64,000 bases of DNA from Octopus bimaculoides (GCF_001194135.2 NC_068992.1:66227427-66291426); one strand, 5' to 3'; positions 1 through 11,694 are shown, counted from the first letter of the stretch. Notes: generated by a model from the sequence alone, not told the origin. Made by a program: numbers and translations.

Positions 1-113
1 CTGCCATGTTGGCTTGGCGATAACTATTAATTTCCAGTACCGCTGCCATAGTCTCCTTTAGAGAGACTTAGAAATATTAATAACTCTCTATATATATATA
101 TATATATATATAA

Positions 114-620
114 CACAAGGTGTGATAGGTAACTTTTCACCATTTTATATTTTTAATTTTGTGCATGCACATTGTTTGTTTTTGATTTTGTTAACTACAC
201 AGTATGGTAGGGTCATTTGAGCACTGTTTGTTTGTGAGAAAAACAGCACCATGATGCAATTTACTCTGCCAGAAATTTAGAAATGACATGCTGTACTGCT
301 TGGCATTCAGGCCAGAAGCTCCAATATGAACATTTCAGAGTGTTTGGGTGTCAATCAGAGGACAGTGCAGAGGATTCAGAAAGCGTTGGATGAGTCTAAT
401 GGTGATTCCGAAGGTACAGCAACTCGGAAAACTCACTCTGATTGTTCTGATAAGAAAAGAACTCCAGAATTTGTTGGTGAGATCCAGGCGATAATTGACA
501 ACGATCCCTCCAAGTCAATCAGGTCCATCGACAGGAACATGGGAGTGGCTGAGTTTCTTATCAGGCAGGTAGTGCATGAAGACATTCAGTATTCCTCATA
601 CAAGATGAGACAGGTCAAGT
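114..620 (+). mobile_element. Tc1/mariner-superfamily transposon 5' fragment (HTH region, maT/Bmmar1-like), truncated
   Basis: ORF 326..628 (LGVNQRTVQRI...RTPEFVGEIQAIIDNDPSKSIRSI...MGV.EFLIRQVVHEDI.YSSYKMR) resembles the paired HTH region of Tc1/mariner transposases. It starts after a TA run, and no catalytic domain follows. Confidence 0.65.
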
Positions 621-1679
621 ATAATTGAGAAGACCACTGATCAACAGTTTTCCACTCTTTGCCATCTTGTCCTTCTTAGGCTGTACTTAGAGCTACACTA
701 TAAGAGACATTTAGCTGCTATTTCTAGAAAGTTCAGCAACCACAGAAAGATTTCCTTGTTAGTTTGTAGATATGTTTCATAATATTGATTGGTGCTTTGT
801 AAAAGCAGTTTTATAATTGGTGATCAACAATTTTGCTTTGCAATTGTGTATTCTCAGGTGCAGTCCCTCAACTGGACACCTCAGGAAAGTAGATTTCACC
901 AAGACCTTGGATTGACCAGAGCCACAAGTGTGAAATTTGGAAGAGAGAAACAATATGAAAGTATGGTGGGTGAACTAAATTCCGGTTGTTGGGAGATAAA
1001 CTTAATATGTGGTTTAATCTGCTTTAGTTGAGTCCACTCTGTTGTAAACATTGAAGCCTGGTGGCCAGTCTACAGAGAAATCCTTTCTTTTCTCATATCA
1101 TCTTCAGAGATCCCTGGAAAAGGCCATGGAATACTATCCATCCTAAACTAAGGTAAAAATAAATTTAGTTTTGACATTGAACACCAAAATAAGCAAAGTG
1201 CTAGAGGCCTGTGATGAAAGCCTTTATTATATGCCATCACCAAACAACTCGTACATTAAACGTGAAACAGTTATCAATAAACTGCTGTTTTGTCTCTAAG
1301 TGGGAATATTTCCTACAATATTGCCAGCAATGGGAAAAAGTTGACCATGAAAAAAAAATCAGTGATAATACATAGGTCTACTATCAATTAATAAGGTCAG
1401 TGATGCTTGTTGTTTTGATCACACATTTTGTTGTTCAACCAGATACCTTTCCATTTAATTTTTACCCCACTCACCCACTCTTAGCCCTAATCTACCCTTG
1501 TGATCTTCACCCCAGTACTCTGTATGAAATGCTGTACATATATATTATTTAGAGAGGTCATCTAGCACTCATCAGAATGTTGAAATATATTGCTTTTAGT
1601 TGTTGATTTTAGCAATATCTTTACCTTATAGCAGAAGGGCAGGTCATCCGGCCCCTAACTGAAGGCCCCAAATAACAGC

Positions 1680-2790
1680 CCCTAACAAACAGCTAATCCA
1701 CCCAATGACAGAGCTAATTCAGCCACCAAGAGATAGCTAATAACCCACTGACTGAAAGTTATCTGATCCTCTTTAACAGTGAACTAATCACTTACTAATA
1801 CACAGATAATCACCTATTAACAGATAGCCAATCACCCACCAACACAGCTAGTCCACTCACTGAGACAGCTGAACACCCACTGACAGAAGATTAATGTGCC
1901 ACTAACAAAAAGCCAATCACCCACAAACAACTAATCTCCTTTTAACAAACAGCTAATCAGCCTTCAACAGACAGATATTCATTCAGAAAACTAATTCACT
2001 CATTAAGTGAAATAGCTAATCCCCCACCAACAGACAGTTAATCATTCATTAACAACATGATAATCATTCATTAACAGACAACTAATCACTTTTTAAAGAT
2101 AGCTTATCATCCACCAACACAGCTAATCCATTTACTGACAGACAGCTGATAACCCACACACAATCAGCTAATCCCTTACCAACAAACAACCAATCATCCA
2201 TTCACAAACAGGTAGTCAATCACCCACAGACAGTTCTGCTGATCCACTCACCAACAGACAGCTAATTACCCACAAATCCACTCAGCTAATCTTCACTGAG
2301 ACAAGCCAATCACCCATCGACAGGGGCTAATCTACCCACTAACAGGTAACCAGTCATCCACAAACAACTAATCTACTATTAACAGACCGATAATCGCCCA
2401 TCAACAGAGAGCAAATCACTCATTAACTGAGAACTAATCTTCTCATTGCCAGACAGCCAATCCTCCAGCAACAGACAGTTAATCACCCAATGACAGCTAG
2501 CTAATCACATACTGACAGACAGCTATCTATCTACCCAACAACAAAGGTAATCCATCCACCAACAGACAGTTAATCACTCCTTAACAGTGGACCTAATCAC
2601 CCACTGACAGACAGCTAATCACTCACTGCCAGAATAGCTAATCATCCATTAAGAAAGAGTTAATCCACCCATTAGCAAACTGCTAATCACCCATTAAAAG
2701 ATAGCCAACCCCCACTGGCAACCCCACCCACTAATCACCCATTAACAGGCAGCTAATGACTCATCGACAGACAGCTAATCACCCATTACC
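1680..2790. repeat. Degenerate minisatellite, ~22-bp unit (approx. AACAGACAGCTAATCACCCATT), roughly 45-50 copies
   Basis: ACAG(AC)AGCTAATCACCCA variants recur continuously across 1.1 kb. The ORF track shows no ORF here in any frame. Confidence 0.85.
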
Positions 2791-3134
2791 AGTGAGCAGC
2801 GATTATGAAACCAGATCCACTTGATTATTCCCATTACTTGTTCTTGTTTTTTTGTTTGAGAGAAAATAGAAAAGATCCAGACAGACGAGAGCCAGTCTCG
2901 AAAACTACTCCTTCAAATGTGAAGCGGAGAAAGAAAGAAGTTGTTTGTTGTCAGTCAGGCAAACAGGTGCAACGAAAACACAATGTAAGATTGAACTTGT
3001 GACCAAGAAAGTCAGTAGTTTGTCCCATCCTTCTCTCTCCCTTCCCTTACATAGTCTCCAAAAGCGAAAGGAGAAAGAGCAAGATGAGGTTAGGGTGCTT
3101 ATTTCTAGCTGATTCCAAGAGCCTGTTGTCATTC

Positions 3135-3330
3135 CGTTGTTGTTTAATCGCATGCCGACGATCAAACACATTCCAGCCATGATCATCTCACTTGTTTTTC
3201 CCCTACATAGTGTATCTACGACTACATTATCCAATATATACTTCTCTTTCTCAAGATCATGGTATGGAATTTGAGGGAAATTTGGCTGCTATTTCTAACG
3301 GGTCAGACGATCACGTACATCCATGCCATT
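3135..3330 (+). mobile_element. Interspersed repeat family C (SINE-like; TTCCAGCCATGA...TTTGAGGG..ATTTGGCTGCTATTTCTA)
   Basis: The same motif order recurs at ~8125-8325, 10570-10850, 22320-22460 and, inverted, at 59255-59425. Confidence 0.65.
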
Positions 3331-3572
3331 TCGTTCTAGACAGTATCTCTGTGAAATGACTATCAGGGTTAAAATTTTGTTACATGTATTTTATAATGTT
3401 GTTCTCTCGTCATTTTGTAATCAAAATAAACAACACGTGTTCGACTACCAAGGAATAACGAATCCCTTAACATCGTAAATTTTCGACATGATCAAAAGTA
3501 ATCTAAAAGTTATTTTTAATTCTCTGGTCCAGGACACATTTGTGTTAACCAGGTTTAAAAGTTTGGATATTG

Positions 3573-3612
<40 letters not shown>

Positions 3613-4559
3613 TCCTCGGTTGGACTATTTTGAAACATTGTTAATAATCACAGCCCATCGAAGAGATCGAACTTTTGCATTTCCTTATTTATTTTTTTTT
3701 TTTTCCGCCTCTCAAGGACATTACGACACATGCGAAGCGCGTTCAAGTATCACTAGATCTACCCACTAATATAGACATTAACCTTTAAAAGTTTGGTGTG
3801 CAAGTGAGACAAAGAATAGTAATTGAACTAGAGATAAAAGGGAATTTTGAGGACAGGTGATACAGATAATTAAAAAGTGATACAAATCAACCTGGACATT
3901 ATAAACACAATCGTTTTTCAATTTGATCCACCAAACTCTAAGGACATAAAAAAAGGACTTCAATGTCAAATGAGAGATGTAGTTTTGAACTTATTTCCCA
4001 GCCCCATTAGGACACGTTTTTGTTTTCAATGTCAACTTAATTAAAAAGGTTAACACGGTAGTTAGAAAGAAAGAAAAACGTAGACACTTGATAAACGAAA
4101 ACACAAGGATCGAATGCTTTCTTTTATATAAAAGTTTTCATATAAAACAAACAACAAGGGGTCGAGATCAAATTAAGAAATCACCTTAACCCTCCCTCCA
4201 AAAAAAAAAAACGTGTTTTAGAAACTGGAAAGTTTATTTGTGAATGTATAAATTATGAGGGAAATTAATTAAGGTAAAATTTTAAATAATAAATATCAAC
4301 AGGACACGTTCTAAAGAGGAAAATTAATTGAGATCGGAAGAATCCGAATACTTGCAAGCAATATAAAGCCTAAATATATAATTAATTTTATATACATATA
4401 TAAATAATTCAAATTCGATATGTGTGTGTGTGTGTGTGTATGTATATATATATATGTATATGTATATACATACACACACATGTATGAATGTATACATGTG
4501 AGTGGAAGTGAAGTAAATATTAGCAATTGTAGTAATAGAAATGCCGTATAATTGCCAGT

Positions 4560-5260
4560 GTTTGACTTACCTGAGTGCTGCCGTTATAAATTGATAGCCG
4601 AGTCCCACGATATAAGGTAGACAACCGACAACTTTCAATAATTTACTCTTTCCGTGTCTCTTATCAAATTACACGGAGAAAGCCATCTTTAAGGAAGGCC
4701 GACAGAATTCTGGGAAAATAGGCTGGAAGCTATTTTTTGAGGGAAAAATATTTCTGTTTTCGATTTTGTCGATATTATTTCTAAAATTGAATTGATTATT
4801 AAAAGAGATAAAGATAGAGACAGAGGATTATTTAATGACCTGAAAATAAATCTCGCGAGATGTTATTTATTTATATCTTTACCACAACAACACGAGTAAA
4901 TCCGAAAGGAGTAGAATTTCCTAATCCGACAATCTTTTCAAGTATTAAACTGATTCATTAGATCCACAGCGAATGGATTTGACTGGAAACGAAACGTCAT
5001 ATTCTTTGTGATTAATCTAATGATCGTAAGGGCAAATCGAGCGTGAAAGTGGTTTAAAAAAATTAATTATCGGTTCGGAAATTAGATTTACGTAACTGTC
5101 GAGCTCCGCTGCTAACCGCCATATTGTTAAGGAATCCTAGAATGGTTGATACGGATTGTTTGGGTGAAGCCTTTGCCCGATCTTTTCACTCTTTCCACCT
5201 ATCCAATTGAAAGAAGATAAGGTAGGCTATCGAGCAGATGATGTTTCAACTGGATGACAT
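4560..5260. promoter_or_regulatory. Probable bidirectional promoter region between ASH1L (+) and a divergent minus-strand transcript
   Basis: Local CpG enrichment with no SINEs. YY1/PHO-type sites GCCATCTTT (4682-4690) and CCGCCATATT (5116-5125); CCAAT at 5203-5207. Outward-facing donors: minus strand CAG|GTAAGT at 4571/4570 and TAC|GTAAAT at 5092/5091; plus strand AAG|GTAGGC at 5221/5222. Confidence 0.55.
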
Positions 5261-6500
5261 GTATTGTTTCTATCATAGTCGCTTCATGTCTTCTCAAAAG
5301 AGTAGTTTTGGCGGTCACCTACGTGACCACGCTTCTTAGAAGAAGAAGAAGAAGAAGAAAAAAAAAAACTCAGCAATTTCTGCCTATATTCTCTCTCTTT
5401 CAAAGTATCTCAAACCCTACTTTACCCAACACCATTTTCTACCTTGTATCTCTAACGATATTGCATTTATTTATCATTCGTATTCTGTCATCGGAACCGT
5501 CTGCAATTATATTCTACCAACATCATACACACACACACACACACACATAAATACACACACATAGCTATATATACACACATATTTATGTATACATATATAT
5601 ATATACACACGCACATACAGTTTATTATTAAGGAAGCTTGTTGTTGACTTCACCTTTCATCACCGATCGCTGATTATTATTCCTCGTCGCTGTTGTTTCT
5701 TCTCGCAGCCAAAATCTTTCCAAACCAAATCTGCTGCCATTTCTCTTATATTCATATAAATCACAACACTTGTGCTCTGCTTTTTGTAAACACTCTTCAC
5801 CATTCAAGATACCTCGAAATCAACTGGTATTTTCTCCGGGTTTCATCCTTTTTAACTGCTGCTGTAACAAGTTCTCATCCCAACTGTTCCTATCTTCTCT
5901 CTTCTACAACATCCCTTTTACTAACACATATATATAATCACTATTGTAAACAACGAACGATGCACATGGATTTGTTTGATAAACTTGGATTATTACTGTC
6001 TCATTAATTTGCCCTAATTAGTAATGTAAATCGTATTTGTAGAAACAAAAACCAAAAAAAAAACAAGACGAAAGCTTATGCAGTGATAATCATCATTTTT
6101 ATTATTATTATCTCCGATCGATAATTGAATATTTTCCATATCTGTTGTGGATGTTAATTAATTATATATGTCATACTTTTGACAAAAGTGCAATGAGTTG
6201 CGCTCAACGAAATCAATCAACGGTGACGTTTATTGTAATATTATAGATCAAGCGATCAAAAGTGAATTCGAAAAAAGAAACAAGCTCATCCAGACTTCTC
6301 TTTGGAGTTTCCACTTATATATACACACATATATACATATATATATCGTTATTATATATCATATAACTATTTATCTGTTATTAATATTATCTTTATTGTT
6401 CCTTGGTTCTGTTTCACATTGTTGTGAGAAGAGAACCAAGTAAGTTCGGTCGCACGAACTAACTTCCAGGAACAACTGGAGTTGGTGCGTGTACCAAGCA

Positions 6501-7023
6501 ATGAGTGAGTTGGATAGATCGAATTCAGCGTACGACAAGAAACTGACCCACGGATATAATCCTGAAGCCGAAAATAGCAGCGACGAGACTGATTCCTCAT
6601 CTTCGCCATCATCATCATCACCTTCTTCATCTTCTTCATCGTCTTGTTCTTCTTCCACATCGGAGAACTGTACCTCTAGTGGCGGTGCCGAATCTAACTA
6701 CGACGACAACAACAACAACAACAGCAGCAGCATCAAAACCAGCCACCACCGCCACAACAACAATAACAAAGACAAGAACACAAACGACGACGATGATGAT
6801 GATGATGACGACGACGACGACGATTACGGAGATTGTCAGCACGAAACGAAAGAATTTCGGATTCAAGAGACGAACTTCGATCAGGGGCAACTGAAGTTAA
6901 AGATCTTTGCCAAAAGGAAAAGCGTCCAGACGAAACGATCCCACGTTTGGCAACCAACAAATACAAACAACAACAACAACAGTACCACTAATACCACCAC
7001 TACCACCACAACTACTGCTGCTG

Positions 7024-7054
<31 letters not shown>

Positions 7055-7250
7055 CACTACCACTAGTAGTTGTAGTAGTAAAGCACCTGCTAGTAAGGTG
7101 TCCAGTACCTGCGGCGACGGTAGTGTCACCTCTTTGGATATTACTACTTCAGATCAACGACCGCCCTTAAGAATCACAATAAAGCAACCTCACCAGTCTT
7201 CAAAGACCCCCGTTGGCACCTCTCAGGCGGTTAAAGAACACAAGGAATTG
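6501..7250 (+). CDS. ASH1L: ASH1L-like histone-lysine N-methyltransferase, first coding exon (250 aa)
   Basis: First in-frame ATG is at 6501, with an in-frame TAA upstream at 6441. The exon encodes EFRIQETNFDQGQLKLKIFAKRK, matching recalled human ASH1L [24 protein letters not shown]. Donor TTG|GTAAAA at 7250/7251 is phase 0, after which the sequence turns T-rich and microsatellite-like. Confidence 0.85.
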
Positions 7251-7392
7251 GTAAAAACAAAAACAAACATTCTTATACATTCTCTTGTTTTTGTTTGGTT
7301 TTATTTTCCTTATTTCTCTCTCTCTCTCTACCTATCACTCTTTCTCCAGTCGCCTCTCTATTTATCTGTTTGTCTGCTTCTATATTCCCCAG

Positions 7393-7423
<31 letters not shown>

Positions 7424-7486
7424 AGGTATGTATGTATGTATCGATCACTCTATCATTGTGTATGTTTACCTCTGTTTCTATTTGTC

Positions 7487-7523
<37 letters not shown>

Positions 7524-7942
7524 CAATATATCTGTTTATCTCTCTCTCTTTTTGTATAGGCTTTTGACAACCGTCATCTCTAAACAAATCTATTTTAAAT
7601 TGTTCAACGACTGACTACATTTATTTATTTATTTTCTCTACTTGTTGTTGTTGTTGTTCTGTTCATTGATTGATGATGACGGACGTCATCATTGCGATCC
7701 ATTTAAACTTCTATCTTTCATGTGATGATAATGATAATTGAGAAGTGTCTTTTTAAAAAATATTTCTTCTGCTTGTTCCATGTGTTTATTATTTTTCCGT
7801 TTTGTTGGAAGAGAGGGGAGTAGAGCGGGGGGGGGATGAATTGACGGGTTTAACATCTCAGTGCAACATAAATAACTTTATTAAGAACCAACAATTAATT
7901 AAATTTCATGCTTAATTGAGCAATTACGAAACTGTTGCCACG

Positions 7943-7978
<36 letters not shown>

Positions 7979-9325
7979 GTTGTTGTTGTTATATAAATTG
8001 CTGGCTTATGTAACTGGAATCATAATTATTGGCTCAGACAAGAGAGCGCCGAATTCGATGCTTAAAGCTTAGTGAGTCAAAGAGTGATGGGGAATGATTC
8101 AGACTTGCATTTCCGTGATCGACTTTCGTTTGTTGTTTAGCCACAGGTCACCTCTCGTCCTGCACAACCTATCATCACACATGTTTTCAACGTGACCACT
8201 CCGTCTTCATTTGATTCAGATAGTATATCTAGGACAACATTTTATCAAATATGCCTTTTTTTTTATTTTAAAGTTTGTAAGGAATCATTTGAGGGAGCGT
8301 TGGCTACTTTTTCAAGTAGAGATCGATAAAATGAGTCGAAACTGGATACTGATGTCGAGTTAATCGCCAGATACACTCACACACACACACACACACTCTC
8401 TCTCTCTCTCTCTCATACACACACACACATTCCAATGGTAGTGACTGAATGTATTAATATTTGTAACAGTCACGAATCTGGACTGAAAATCTTCGTTGAT
8501 AATTGTCATGAGAGTACCCTTGTGGTCTGCATCCCCGTGGGTAGAGAGAAGTGGATCACTTGGGTCTGAATTAATGTGTAGATATAAACAGAGGAGAGGA
8601 TATAAGAGGCAAGTTTTTAGATTAGAATGGGGGATGGAGAGAGAAATGGAGCTCTGGGTACGACGGCACCCGTTTGGATTGGATCAGCGTGGAATGGAAG
8701 GGTTTGATAGGTAGAAGAGTACTCGTGTAGGATCGCCTCAAAAAGTGAGGTTTGTTCTATGTGAGGAGCATAACCCCGAAACGTTAGTTCCTTCTCTCCT
8801 CTCTCCTCTCCCCGATCTCACAGACGACCCACTATTCACTGTAACCCAGTTTATATAAAGTTGTTTGTCTGAAATTCAATAAAATATGTAGAAAATTTCG
8901 TCTGCCCGAAATGTCAGGACTCCGTTCTCCTTATCTTGTTTTACGGATTTTAAACAAAACAAACGATCCACTTTCGTATCATTCAGTGTTTAACGATTGA
9001 GCTGGAAAAAAGTGTTTCGGGCGGTAAACTGTAAGGACGAACAGACATACACACACACACACACACACAACGCGCGCACACATGCACTGTGGTTGATTAA
9101 GCTTATATATGTATATATATATATACATATATATGTATATGTATAAAAGAGCTTATCGGTGTGTTATGTATTATAGACTGTTAAATCAACTAATGGTGAA
9201 CTCCCCTCGTGATTAAATACTTCTGAATACACTCTTTAGATGAAAAGACGATGGGAGAGGGCGTGCGTCGCCGCCTCATATAAATGGGATATATATACAT
9301 ACATACACATATATATATATATATA

Positions 9326-9601
9326 NNNNNNNNNNNNNNNNNNNNNNNNNNNNNNNNNNNNNNNNNNNNNNNNNNNNNNNNNNNNNNNNNNNNNNNNNNN
9401 NNNNNNNNNNNNNNNNNNNNNNNNNNNNNNNNNNNNNNNNNNNNNNNNNNNNNNNNNNNNNNNNNNNNNNNNNNNNNNNNNNNNNNNNNNNNNNNNNNNN
9501 NNNNNNNNNNNNNNNNNNNNNNNNNNNNNNNNNNNNNNNNNNNNNNNNNNNNNNNNNNNNNNNNNNNNNNNNNNNNNNNNNNNNNNNNNNNNNNNNNNNN
9601 N
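9326..9601. other. Assembly gap (N run)
   Basis: 276 N. Confidence 1.
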
Positions 9602-11694
9602 TGGTTGATTAAGCTTATATATGTATATATATATATACATATATATACATATATATATATATATATAATATGTGTGTAAACCTTAGCTTTTGCTGACTGA
9701 GCTCCATTCATTTATGTGTCTCTCCCCCCTTCCCCTCCCTCCTGTTTCAGTCTTTACGACATTACATCTCTCCCTCCCTCTCTCCTACTTCTCTCTCTGT
9801 GTTCCATATTTCATTATCATGAGAACCAGTCTCCGTGTGTCTGTGCGCGCCTATTTCTGCTTTTTCTACACAGTGTGGGTGTGCACACTCCCACCTACAC
9901 TCTCTATTTGTATTCATGTATATATATAATATATATATAGTCTGTGTGTATAAAAATACACATACACACACACACACCTGTGTGTGTGTGTGTGTGTGTG
10001 TGTATATACTATCGAATACTTAACCTCAGTGATTTATTATTTTAGAAACTGTGTGTGTGTACACACACACACACACACACACGCGCGCGCGCACGTTTGT
10101 GTATATGATGTCCTATATTATCATTATTATGTGTCTAGAATTGTGTTTGTGTATTTGGTAATCCTTCTGATTCCGTCTACATATTTCTGTCCGTGTGATC
10201 TGTACTCAGTCGCCTCTCTCTCTCTCTCTCTCTCTCACTATATATGTATGTATGTATATATATATAATGTATATATCGTCGTTGTTACTTCGTTATGATT
10301 GATTAGTCAAATGCTATCTAGATGTTTTATGCCTCCTATTTTCATCACTTTTATTATTTATTTATTTGGTTTTTTGTTCTTGTGACGTTCCAAGAAAATC
10401 TACTGCTGCCTGTGTGGCTGATGTTTTAGGTCAGCAGGAGAAAAACAGAGATAAATAGAGAAACTGTAGCCGTGTGTGTGTGTTAGTGAGTGTCTGTATG
10501 CGTGTGGTTGTGGACGTGTTTATGTAAGTGCAATCATTTGATTTCTGAAATAGCTGCGTTGTTATTGCTACTGCTGTTTAGCCCTAGGTCTGGCCTGATT
10601 GAGTAAACATGATCAAGGGCAATCCAGCCGAGACCACGCTTCTCTCGGAATACATTGTGATGGGTCCTTCCTTGTTTATATGTCAGCCGTAATCGAATTG
10701 ACCTATGGTGAAAGGCGCTCCAGCCATGACCATCCTATCCTTATAATGAACACTATATACCCTTTTCTCATTTAAAACAGTAGGGTGTGATGGGAGGGGG
10801 ATTTAGTTGCTATTTCTAACGGGTCAATCGACCGTACAGAGGTTCCGTGTGGTCTTGTAACTATCTATGTAGGTCTTGTTGGTTGATGGAAACGCGAAGG
10901 AAACCCGGAGAGATGGCGTAGGGGTTTCGGTTACCCGGTGTTGGATCAAAGCTGATTGCATCAGCATCCATCTTAGGAAAATATTCATGTAAACAAACAT
11001 TGTTTTCGTACCTTAGTATCTCGCTCGATTACTCAGATATTATTGGCAATTGGAATGGGCCACAATCCCTCTAATAATGATCTTACCATTTCCATGTTTC
11101 GAGGTTGGCAGCAACATACTTTTATTTATTTATTTAAAGTCTTCACTCCCTCCTTATCCTCCTCCCTCCCCCTCCTCCCTCCAGTATAGTATTTCGGTGT
11201 CAGATTCCACAGTTATTAATATATTTATATATTCACTACTACTTCACTAACTGGTCTTCGTTTTTTTTGTTCCCCTTTTACTCTTCAGTGATTTATTAGT
11301 TTTCCAGAAAGAGCAGCTGAATCACCCTCAGATCGCATCTTACAGTCTTATTATGAAGAAGAATATACTGGCTGATGTAGTCCTAGATACACCAGACCTG
11401 ACGGGGGGGGGGGACTGGATGATCATAAGTCTGCTACTGTTCAATAATTAGTTTTGCAGTTTGTGATGTTGATGAAAGCCAACCTATTGCTCTTATACCC
11501 CCCCCCCCTCTGTGTGTGTGTTCATACTTTTCTGTTGTAAGTCCTACCTTTGAATATGGCTTGTAATATATCTTGAGATTTTCCCTTTGAACTTTTTTCT
11601 TCTCATTCTGAATATTGTATGATTAACTTCATTGATAAGTGAAGATTTTGTCTCTGATGTGATCCTGTATAATAATAATAATAATAATAATAAT

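Noticed and set aside
1680-2790. CRISPR-like array or repetitive protein
   Set aside because: Eukaryotic context; the units are degenerate and contiguous, with no unique spacers and no cas genes; the ~22-nt period and frequent stops exclude coding.
6440-6469. GT...AG mini-intron that would extend the ORF upstream
   Set aside because: Only 30 nt, too short for a normal spliceosomal intron, and the upstream ORF 6198..6443 has no ATG-led, protein-like content.
6367-7129. Overlapping minus-strand and alternate-frame ORFs (poly-E/D, poly-V, poly-H/R)
   Set aside because: By-products of trinucleotide repeats within ASH1L exon 1; only the 6501 frame carries a recognisable conserved motif.
7560-7583. 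Acceptor TTTTTGTATAG| as the next exon
   Set aside because: In phase 0 it reads AFDNRHL then stop; there is no support for a terminal exon.
9190-9711. ORFs spanning N runs (also ~25052-25626)
   Set aside because: Artefacts of assembly gaps and (TA)n repeats.
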